Of a stretch of 64,000 nucleotides of DNA, positions 57,173-64,000 are shown piece after piece. A program made the position numbers and the translations under genes. The number at the start of each line of letters is the position of its first letter. Position 1 is the first letter of the stretch. Below the pieces are notes generated by a model. That model searched no databases. It was given only the letters and a program-made list of their open reading frames with translations, and had not been told where the DNA came from. The DNA comes from an uncultured Planctomycetia bacterium (GTDB taxonomy: Bacteria; Omnitrophota; Gorgyraeia; Duberdicusellales; 4484-171): NCBI GenBank assembly GCA_964629655.1, contig CAZVQU010000001.1, forward strand, positions 420,056 to 484,055, in the 5' to 3' direction.

Positions 57173-58063
57173 TCATTGGCTAAATATGTTAAAGAAGTTT
57201 TTCTGGGTAATTTTTTCCTTAACCTTATCTTCTAAAGTATCTAAGATCTCTAAATTTTTTTGTAAGTTTCCAGATACCGGATAGTCTGAACCCCAAAGAA
57301 TATGGTCTTGGCCAAATAAATCTAAAGCCAACTTGACATTGCCAGAAGATGCCCCGGATGTATCTACATATACTTCTTTTAGAATCTGGGAAGGTAACCT
57401 GCCTAAATCCTTAACTATCTTTCTTTCCCGTAGCATCATATAGACCCGATCGAACCTATTGCTTAGAAAAGGGACAACTCCGCCTAAGGACGCCAGAATA
57501 AACTTGACCTTGAATTTATCAAGTACCCCTTGCATCATAAGAAGCCCTAGAAAGGTAGATATATCCAAGCTGTACTCTAAAACCGGCATAAGCAAAGGAT
57601 CTTTTATCCGACTATAGCCAATAGGATTAATTGTCTGTGAATGAACAAAAATTGGCAAGTCATGCTTCTGGGCTGCTTCAAATAAAGGAAAGAGCTTATC
57701 GACTATAAACTCACCATTATAACTTGAGGCTAGATTTATTGCTCTAAACCCTCTGCTCTTTAATTCGGCTAACTCTAGGGAAATATTGTTTAAGTTTTCT
57801 ACATCAACCAGGCAAGCTGCGATTATCTTAGAATTCTCTTTTAAAATCTTCTCTGATTCCCTATTGTAGATTTCACTAACCCTTTTAAAACCACCCAATT
57901 TAAAATGGGCATCCGTAGAAGGATAGACTAAAAGGGCCTTATCAATGTTGTTACTATCTAAGAACTCATAGAGCTTATCCTTATCGGCCCAAATACCCTT
58001 GTAAAAAGTAGTATGCTCTGAGAGTTCTTGGGGAATAAAATGGATATGGCTATCAGCTAACAT
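57173..58063 (-). CDS. Amidohydrolase-2 family metal-dependent hydrolase (TIM barrel)
   Basis: N-terminal DSHIH metal-binding motif. Length ~296 aa. Asp near the C-terminus (WGSDYP). Confidence 0.5.
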   Translation of the reverse strand: MLADSHIHFIPQELSEHTTFYKGIWADKDKLYEFLDSNNIDKALLVYPSTDAHFKLGGFKRVSEIYNRESEKILKENSKIIAACLVDVENLNNISLELAELKSRGFRAINLASSYNGEFIVDKLFPLFEAAQKHDLPIFVHSQTINPIGYSRIKDPLLMPVLEYSLDISTFLGLLMMQGVLDKFKVKFILASLGGVVPFLSNRFDRVYMMLRERKIVKDLGRLPSQILKEVYVDTSGASSGNVKLALDLFGQDHILWGSDYPVSGNLQKNLEILDTLEDKVKEKITQKNFFNIFSQ

Positions 58064-58066
58064 AAC

Positions 58067-59527
58067 CTATACGTGCTTTTCTCCCTTAACAGCGCCCTCT
58101 TCCCACTTAGTTACGCCCTTCATTACATCTTGGAAGCATAGCTTAGCTAAGGGGTCAAAATTACTAGTCATAATCCTCTGGATTCGACCCGGCTTTGAGA
58201 AGAATTCTCTCATGCACCAGGCGCCTAATCTTCCGTAATCATCCAATTTGAGGTGTTCGGTGGCCATTACCGGATGTAGGAAATCCCACTTAAGAAAATC
58301 TATTTTTTTAGGATCAATCTCACCCTTCTTTATCCTCTGTCTCCAAATTGGAGAGTTCGGTGCCGGAGTAACATAACCTACCCACAAGATATCCGGATCA
58401 ACCTGATCAGTAAATTCAAATCTCTGCTTTATGATAGCTTCGGTGTCACCATCAAAGCCCATCATAATATCAGCAACAATAGCAATATTGTTCTTTCGCA
58501 AAATCTCAATGGTCTTCTTTATCTGTTCAATAGTTATTCCCTTAGCAATTTTCTTTAATTCTGAAGCAGTAGTAACCTCAATGCCGAATACGCCGGTAAA
58601 CAAACCGGACTCTCTCATCAAAGGCAAAATCTCTTCACAATTAACCCAATCAATAGCCCTGCCTAAAGAAACCCATTTAATTGGGTTTTCTTTTTCTAGC
58701 TTTAACCGACAGAACTTCTCTACTCTTTCTGGGTCAACATTAAAATTATCATCCTGGATTACTACTACTTTTACCCCATACTCTTTATGAAGTACTTCTA
58801 GCTCTTCAATTACTCTCTCTGGAGACTTTGCCCGCCATTTTAAGAAATCTTCCGGATGGCGCGGATCATACTGATCCCACTCATAACAAAAAGTACAAGC
58901 TGAAGGGCATCCTCGCGAAGTTACCATCTCAACAAATGGCTTCCAATGAGTATGACCAACATACTTATCCATAGGGAATAAATCATATGCCGGAAGTGGT
59001 AACTTATCTAAATCTGTATTCAAAAGTCTATGTGGCCCCATAACTGCCTTACCCTCTACTCTTGAACTTACTCCGGCAATATCCTTTATCTCTTCTGACT
59101 TCCCTATCTTATTAATTAAATCACAAAAGGCCTCTTCTTCGCCCATAACTACATAGTCAATAGCTGGGTTACTATCCAAAGTAAATACTGGCATTGAAGA
59201 ATACCATAAGCCTCCGGCAATTATCTTGGTATCGGGGAGAACTTCCTTTATTGACTTTGCTGACTGGTTAAAGTAATGAAGAATAGCAAATCCTCCATAG
59301 GAATGAAGCATGTCTCCGAGGACAACTATATCCGGATTCTTTTCTTTCACTTTTTTAATCATTTCCTCGTTTTCTATTTCTAAGGCTTTACAATCTAAAA
59401 CCTCTAAATCCTTATACCCTTTTTCTCTAGCATAAGCAGCCCATTGAGCATAAAGCTGGTTAGGCCCTAAGTGTTTACCGTGTGTTGCCCAAGCGCCCGA
59501 CTTCGGTGTTAAAAATAAAATTTGCAT
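58067..59527 (-). CDS. Class B radical SAM enzyme with N-terminal cobalamin-binding domain
   Basis: B12-binding Rossmann-like N-terminal domain (IVVLGDMLHSYGG). CxxxCxxC (RGCPSACTFC) at ~residue 210. Length 486 aa. Confidence 0.8.
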   Translation of the reverse strand: MQILFLTPKSGAWATHGKHLGPNQLYAQWAAYAREKGYKDLEVLDCKALEIENEEMIKKVKEKNPDIVVLGDMLHSYGGFAILHYFNQSAKSIKEVLPDTKIIAGGLWYSSMPVFTLDSNPAIDYVVMGEEEAFCDLINKIGKSEEIKDIAGVSSRVEGKAVMGPHRLLNTDLDKLPLPAYDLFPMDKYVGHTHWKPFVEMVTSRGCPSACTFCYEWDQYDPRHPEDFLKWRAKSPERVIEELEVLHKEYGVKVVVIQDDNFNVDPERVEKFCRLKLEKENPIKWVSLGRAIDWVNCEEILPLMRESGLFTGVFGIEVTTASELKKIAKGITIEQIKKTIEILRKNNIAIVADIMMGFDGDTEAIIKQRFEFTDQVDPDILWVGYVTPAPNSPIWRQRIKKGEIDPKKIDFLKWDFLHPVMATEHLKLDDYGRLGAWCMREFFSKPGRIQRIMTSNFDPLAKLCFQDVMKGVTKWEEGAVKGEKHV

Positions 59528-59562
59528 CTGACCTTCCTCCTTTTTTTACTTAAAATGTTAAA

Positions 59563-60330
59563 CTATTTTCCCGGGTGATTTTGTTTAAACGGTATCACTG
59601 GCTTCTTCCAAGGCGTTTGCTGGTTTATCACTGCTAACTCTAAAGGGCAGGTGTTGCCGCTTTGAGTAAGAGCAAACAAAACTGTATCAGCTATTGCCTC
59701 CGGCTCCATTAATCTTCCCTCTTCTTGCGATATATCTTTTAGCTTACCGGTTAAGGGGGTTCTGGTTACTCCCGGAAATATTGAAGTAACTTTAATCCCA
59801 AAATCGCGCATCTCCCAGAAAAGCCCCTTAGCAAAAGCTCTCAGGGCGACTTTTAAAGAAGTATAAACTATGAAGTTGCGCGGTGGAGGATCAACCATAA
59901 CTGAACCACTGGTAATATTTACAATATGTCCGCCGCCAGCATCTTTCATCTGATTAACAACTAAGCGCGAAAGCATAACGTAGCTATAATAATTTGTGTA
60001 CATGATTTTTTCTACATCCTCTACTGGCTGCTGCCAAAAAGGATGTTGGCTTGAGACTCCGGCCCCATTAACAACAACATCAATTCTCCCAAATTTCTCT
60101 AAGGTCTTACTGACTAAATTCTCTAAATTACTCTGCTTGGTAACATCACACTTTATGCATAATACTTTATCTTTTTCAGGAAGTGCTTTCTTGATATCTT
60201 CTAGGATCTCCTCTCTTCTTGCGGCAAGAACAAGGCTAGCGCCTTGAGCGGCTAACTTGTTAACTACACTTTTGCCAATCCCACCGCTTGCTCCAGTTAC
60301 AATGCAAACTTTCTCCCTTAACTTACCCAT
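59563..60330 (-). CDS. Short-chain dehydrogenase/reductase (SDR)
   Basis: TGASGGIGKSV cofactor motif. NGAG. YxxxK (YTSLK). Confidence 0.8.
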   Translation of the reverse strand: MGKLREKVCIVTGASGGIGKSVVNKLAAQGASLVLAARREEILEDIKKALPEKDKVLCIKCDVTKQSNLENLVSKTLEKFGRIDVVVNGAGVSSQHPFWQQPVEDVEKIMYTNYYSYVMLSRLVVNQMKDAGGGHIVNITSGSVMVDPPPRNFIVYTSLKVALRAFAKGLFWEMRDFGIKVTSIFPGVTRTPLTGKLKDISQEEGRLMEPEAIADTVLFALTQSGNTCPLELAVINQQTPWKKPVIPFKQNHPGK

Positions 60331-60339
60331 ACTTCCTCC

Positions 60340-61833
60340 CTACTTTTTAATATCCTTATTTTTAGATATACTTTTAATTCTATCTTGAGATATAATAGTC
60401 GTCCCCCAGGATTTTCCTGCGTGTATTTCCAAAACTATTTTTTCATCTGTCTCTTGTAATATAATTCCTTCAATCATCCGCCCGTTTTTCAGGTAGATCT
60501 TATCAAAAAGGGCTATTTTTCTAAAAGATAAATCAGTTGTTTTTTCTAAACGAGTAATATCTTTATCAATAAACCCTGAGTAATCAGACAATGACCTTGC
60601 TTCTTCTAAAGCCATTAAAGCCTCTATTTTATTCCCCAAGTTTTCTTCAATTCTGGAAAGAGTTAGGTGCGCCGGCCTCCAAGAAGGGTGGTGCTTTATA
60701 ATATCCTCTACGATCTTCTTTGCCTTACTATTATCACCAACCGCGCTATAAGAATAAGCTATGCTATTAAGAATATTGATATCATCAGGAATGATTTCAA
60801 GTTTCTTGCGGCAATTTTCTATTTCTATGTAATATTCTTTCATTGCCTCTTCTTTCTTACCCTGTTGAGTGTAAATATCTCCTAAATCATTATGAATGTA
60901 GAGGTATCCAGGTAAATATTCAAGTATTTTTTTATACTCTACTAAAGCCTTATCAAGTAGTCCCTCGTCGCGATAAAGACTTGCCAAGCTGTAATTAAAA
61001 TTAAGATTATCCGGTAAAATCTCTAATGCATTTTTTAGATGAACAATTGCTTCGCTATAATCCTCGATATTCATAAGGGCAAGACCTAAACTATTATGGA
61101 GATAACTATTCTCGGAATCGATGAGTAAACCGGATTTATATTCGGAAATAGCTTTTTCATAATTGCCTTTTTTATAATAAAGATCGCCTAAAAGAATTCT
61201 GGCTAAAAGAAAATCGGATTTTATCTGTAAAACTTCTTTTAATAATTCTTCAGCCTGAACATAATTGTTATCAGCGATATAAAAACGGCTTAAAAAATAA
61301 TATGGTTGGATATAATTTGGGCCAATTTTTAAAGCTTTATTTAGCAGAAGATAAGCTTCCGCTTTATCGCCAGCCGAATAAGCTTCAATGCCTTCGTTTA
61401 CGCAAAATAGTATATATCCAGAGTAGACCTCTTCGTGAAGGCCTTTTATCGCTGCCTCAGCTGGAAATTCGGCTTCAGCTCTTTTAAGAAGGCTAAGCGC
61501 CTCTTTATACATCTGTCTATTCAAATATATCCGGCCAAGGGCAGAATAAACATTCGCATTTTTGGGTTGAGTTTGAATTGAATTTTTATATTCTTTGATT
61601 GCAGCATCTTCATCCTCTAATTTCATATAAACGTTAGCCAAATTAGAATAGAGAACAGAAGAAGATTCAACCTTTAGGGCTTTCTGAAAATACGATATTG
61701 CTTCTTCATACAAATCCTGCTTGAAGCAACCAACGCCTTTATTATTAAGAAAAGCGGCTAAGTGAGGCTTGCTAGTATACGCTAAAACTAGCAACAGGAT
61801 AAAAACGAGCGACCACTCAATTATTCTCTTCAT
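60340..61833 (-). CDS. Secreted TPR-repeat protein
   Basis: Signal peptide or TM anchor. At least 8 TPR-like repeats (AISYFQKAL, AIKEYKNSIQ, and others). Confidence 0.6.
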   Translation of the reverse strand: MKRIIEWSLVFILLLVLAYTSKPHLAAFLNNKGVGCFKQDLYEEAISYFQKALKVESSSVLYSNLANVYMKLEDEDAAIKEYKNSIQTQPKNANVYSALGRIYLNRQMYKEALSLLKRAEAEFPAEAAIKGLHEEVYSGYILFCVNEGIEAYSAGDKAEAYLLLNKALKIGPNYIQPYYFLSRFYIADNNYVQAEELLKEVLQIKSDFLLARILLGDLYYKKGNYEKAISEYKSGLLIDSENSYLHNSLGLALMNIEDYSEAIVHLKNALEILPDNLNFNYSLASLYRDEGLLDKALVEYKKILEYLPGYLYIHNDLGDIYTQQGKKEEAMKEYYIEIENCRKKLEIIPDDINILNSIAYSYSAVGDNSKAKKIVEDIIKHHPSWRPAHLTLSRIEENLGNKIEALMALEEARSLSDYSGFIDKDITRLEKTTDLSFRKIALFDKIYLKNGRMIEGIILQETDEKIVLEIHAGKSWGTTIISQDRIKSISKNKDIKK

Positions 61834-61864
61834 AGTAAATTGTTTATGCTACTGACTTTTAGTT

Positions 61865-62989
61865 TCAGTTAACTATTTTTCTTAAGTTGGAACCGAGAAA
61901 AAATATGCTTATACCGACTACAATGAATAAAGCCTTAAACCCTGCTATCGATACTAGCAATCCTCCTAAAAAAGCACCCAGGCCTCCAAAGCTAAAACGT
62001 AAAGCGCTATTTAAACTTGAAGCATCACGTAAAATCCTATCAGGGAATAAGGTAAGATGGGATGCTAATCCAACATGAGTAAGAGCCATGCCTGCACCCC
62101 ACAAGGTTATCATTAAAAAAATTAGCTTATAATTTCCTATAAAGACAAGAGAAAAAGCAAATGCACTCATTAGGACAAAACCAATGCTGCTTATCTTGAT
62201 ATTTCCGAAACGAGTACTTAAAAAGCCTCCGGAAAATTCGAATACTATCGCAGCTAGAGTGGAAACGGTAAAAACTGAACTTATAACTATTTGGGATAGC
62301 GAAAAACTCTCACTCAAATAAATACCTAAACGTTGCTGTAAGCCGTGGTAAAGGAGGCTTCCTAACATAACTACGATAAAAAAATTAACTGCTTTTTTAT
62401 CTTTTAAGGTATCAAGATAACTTATCTTGAATTTATCCACCCTGAAATCAAAGTCTTCTAGTCGAGTGAGTACTAAAATAAATACCAGCAAGCTTGCAAT
62501 TGATGGTATTAGATAAAGCCGTAAGGGAAAGTCGGAAAAGAATCCGCTTAAGAACACACTGATTAAGTTTGAAATATAAGAAAAAGCAAAAAACACCCCG
62601 ATAGATTTTGCTTTATCCTTAATAGGGATAACCTTGCCGATAGTTATAAGAACCAAAGGCACAAAACTACAACCAAAACAACCCATAAGAAATCTAGACA
62701 TAAAGGCCTGCTCTATGCTCTTTGATAAACTAAACCAAAGAGAAGATAAAAAGAATCCTAAAGTTGTAATCAGAAGAATCTTTCTCACCCTGACTATCCT
62801 GGTAAAAGGACCCCAAATAAGGGCGAATACTCCATAAGGAAGCATATAAAGCCAAGTGAGTGGCAAAGCATGATCCTTAGCTATCCCAAAGTAAACAGCT
62901 ATCGATGGTATTAGAGCTGCCGTAGCCGCAACACCAAAGGATATCACAAAAAACATCAGGCAAAAGATGTAAAAACTTATCTTGGACAT
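61865..62989 (-). CDS. MFS transporter
   Basis: About 12 TM helices. Length 374 aa. Confidence 0.65.
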   Translation of the reverse strand: MSKISFYIFCLMFFVISFGVAATAALIPSIAVYFGIAKDHALPLTWLYMLPYGVFALIWGPFTRIVRVRKILLITTLGFFLSSLWFSLSKSIEQAFMSRFLMGCFGCSFVPLVLITIGKVIPIKDKAKSIGVFFAFSYISNLISVFLSGFFSDFPLRLYLIPSIASLLVFILVLTRLEDFDFRVDKFKISYLDTLKDKKAVNFFIVVMLGSLLYHGLQQRLGIYLSESFSLSQIVISSVFTVSTLAAIVFEFSGGFLSTRFGNIKISSIGFVLMSAFAFSLVFIGNYKLIFLMITLWGAGMALTHVGLASHLTLFPDRILRDASSLNSALRFSFGGLGAFLGGLLVSIAGFKALFIVVGISIFFLGSNLRKIVN

Positions 62990-63417
62990 TATTCTTTTTC
63001 TATAATTTCCTTAAATCTCTTTAAATTATCTTGAGAATGCTTATTTATTAACTCCTCAACCTGAGAATCAGTATATTTGGCCTTAACGTCCATGGTAAAA
63101 TCCTGAATCCAAGTCATCTCAATCCCACCATCTACATCTCTATAGAGCCAGATAATCTTCATATACTGGAAAGGAAACATCGGCTCTACCTTACAAGCAT
63201 AAGCGAACTTATCATCCTTAAAAAGCAAACGATAAGACTTCCAGCTATTTCCATTCTTATGGGTGAGTTGAAAAGTAATCTTATTGTCTTTAGTTTCTAA
63301 AACATCTGACGCTGTATATTCGTCAAACAACTCTTTCCAACGGGAAATATCATTACTAATATCAAATACCAACTCATATGGTGCATTGATTATGATTGAA
63401 TTTGCTGTATGTGCCAT
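62989..63417 (-). CDS. SRPBCC-fold protein (polyketide cyclase/dehydrase-like, Polyketide_cyc2)
   Basis: 142 aa, with a ...W...YK pattern. Its stop is coupled to the downstream MFS start (1-nt overlap). Confidence 0.45.
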   Translation of the reverse strand: MAHTANSIIINAPYELVFDISNDISRWKELFDEYTASDVLETKDNKITFQLTHKNGNSWKSYRLLFKDDKFAYACKVEPMFPFQYMKIIWLYRDVDGGIEMTWIQDFTMDVKAKYTDSQVEELINKHSQDNLKRFKEIIEKE

Positions 63418-63441
63418 AAGCCTCCTTTTTTTAAAAAATAA

Positions 63442-63927
63442 TTACAAAACCGCAACTACTCTTGCCCAAGCAGCGCCGGTATTTATTATTCTTACCGGAA
63501 AACAAATAACTTTAAATCCAAAATTCGGCAATTTATCTAAATTAGCTAACCGCTCAATATGAGCAAACTCTCTTTTTCTACCGTGAAAATGCGCTGGCCA
63601 AAGATGCCTAGGATCTTTATTTTTCATAAAATCCTTGATCATAAACTTATAAGGTCTGTCAATGCCCATAGTATCTACTCCAAATATCTTTATTCCTTTA
63701 TCAAGAAGATAATCTATGGCTGATGAGTTTATACCTGGGTAATCACTAAAATATTTAGGTGTCCCGTGTAAATGGTCGGAACCAGTATGTATAAGAACAA
63801 TATCCAGAGGCTTTAAAGTATAACCTATCTTCTCTACAGCAATTTTTAAGTCTTCGGCCCCAATAATCTCCTCTGACCTTTTACCGGTAAGGTCTAGCTT
63901 TACACCATCGCAGTTACACCACTCCAA
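63442..63927 (-). CDS. Cyclase-family protein (kynurenine formamidase-like); N-terminus probably extends beyond the ORF-track start
   Basis: Motifs typical of the central and C-terminal part of cyclase-family proteins are present (IVLIHTGSDH, KIFGVDTMGID). The N-terminal HxGTHxDxPxH motif is not present, so the true start probably lies upstream toward the window edge. Confidence 0.5.
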   Translation of the reverse strand: MEWCNCDGVKLDLTGKRSEEIIGAEDLKIAVEKIGYTLKPLDIVLIHTGSDHLHGTPKYFSDYPGINSSAIDYLLDKGIKIFGVDTMGIDRPYKFMIKDFMKNKDPRHLWPAHFHGRKREFAHIERLANLDKLPNFGFKVICFPVRIINTGAAWARVVAVL

Positions 63928-64000
63928 AGGTATCTCATCAGCTGTTTTTGAAGGCCTACCCTCAGACTTACTCCCGTAATGGAAGGAATAATCAAGGTGA

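Noticed and set aside
1-64000. CRISPR arrays, rRNA genes, IS elements
   Set aside because: There are no regularly spaced direct repeats, no 16S/23S/5S-like conserved stretches and no transposase-like ORFs anywhere in the window.

Overview
This 64-kb window comes from an AT-rich bacterial genome. There are signs of a Gram-negative-type envelope: lipoprotein signals, an outer-membrane-like β-rich protein, SecG and many TPR proteins. Almost every gene is on the minus strand. The housekeeping content reads directly from the proteins: glgA and polA; a gap-pgk-tpiA-secG glycolytic block; galT, tyrS, rpsA, plsC and a PGM/PMM-family gene; nadD, proA and proB; obg and rplU; a split methionine synthase (MetH core plus a separate reactivation-domain gene); tRNA-Gln(CUG); gltX; a four-subunit 2-oxoacid:ferredoxin oxidoreductase; dxs; an rny-ymdB pair with a PilZ gene; hupB; and RsmB-like and RlmN rRNA methyltransferases. 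Four regions are not ordinary.
(1) 20137-25293: a 1718-aa mosaic membrane protein lies directly upstream of rplU. It carries an internal twin-arginine lipoprotein signal, a ChaN/Tiki/TraB-type GxxH domain, and a C-terminal spermidine-synthase-like methyltransferase fold. Its composition looks somewhat different from the flanking DNA.
(2) 29646-35516: the only large plus-strand block is a four-gene operon of signal-peptide proteins. It encodes a tri-repeat pilin-like protein, a single-domain spore-coat-U/Csu-like subunit ending in an alternating GTYAGTITFSV strand, a PapD-like two-lobed periplasmic protein, and a 958-aa protein. The 958-aa protein combines TPR, a CpaC-type N domain, a long β-barrel-like region, and two CnaB-like β-sandwich domains. 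Together this looks like an undescribed archaic chaperone-usher-like surface-fibre system. A convergent regulator-like pair of small genes sits next to it.
(3) 51163-56504: a tight five-gene operon encodes an MtnA/eIF2B-family isomerase, a class II aldolase-SCP2 fusion, an aldehyde dehydrogenase, a DhnA-family class I aldolase and a Zn-alcohol dehydrogenase. This suggests a DHAP-shunt-type 5-deoxy/5-methylthio-pentose salvage module.
(4) 56517-64000: a small-molecule tailoring cluster. It encodes a class B (B12-binding) radical SAM enzyme, a methyltransferase, an amidohydrolase, an SDR, an MFS transporter, an SRPBCC protein and a cyclase-family protein.
I saw no rRNA, CRISPR array, transposase or integrase.
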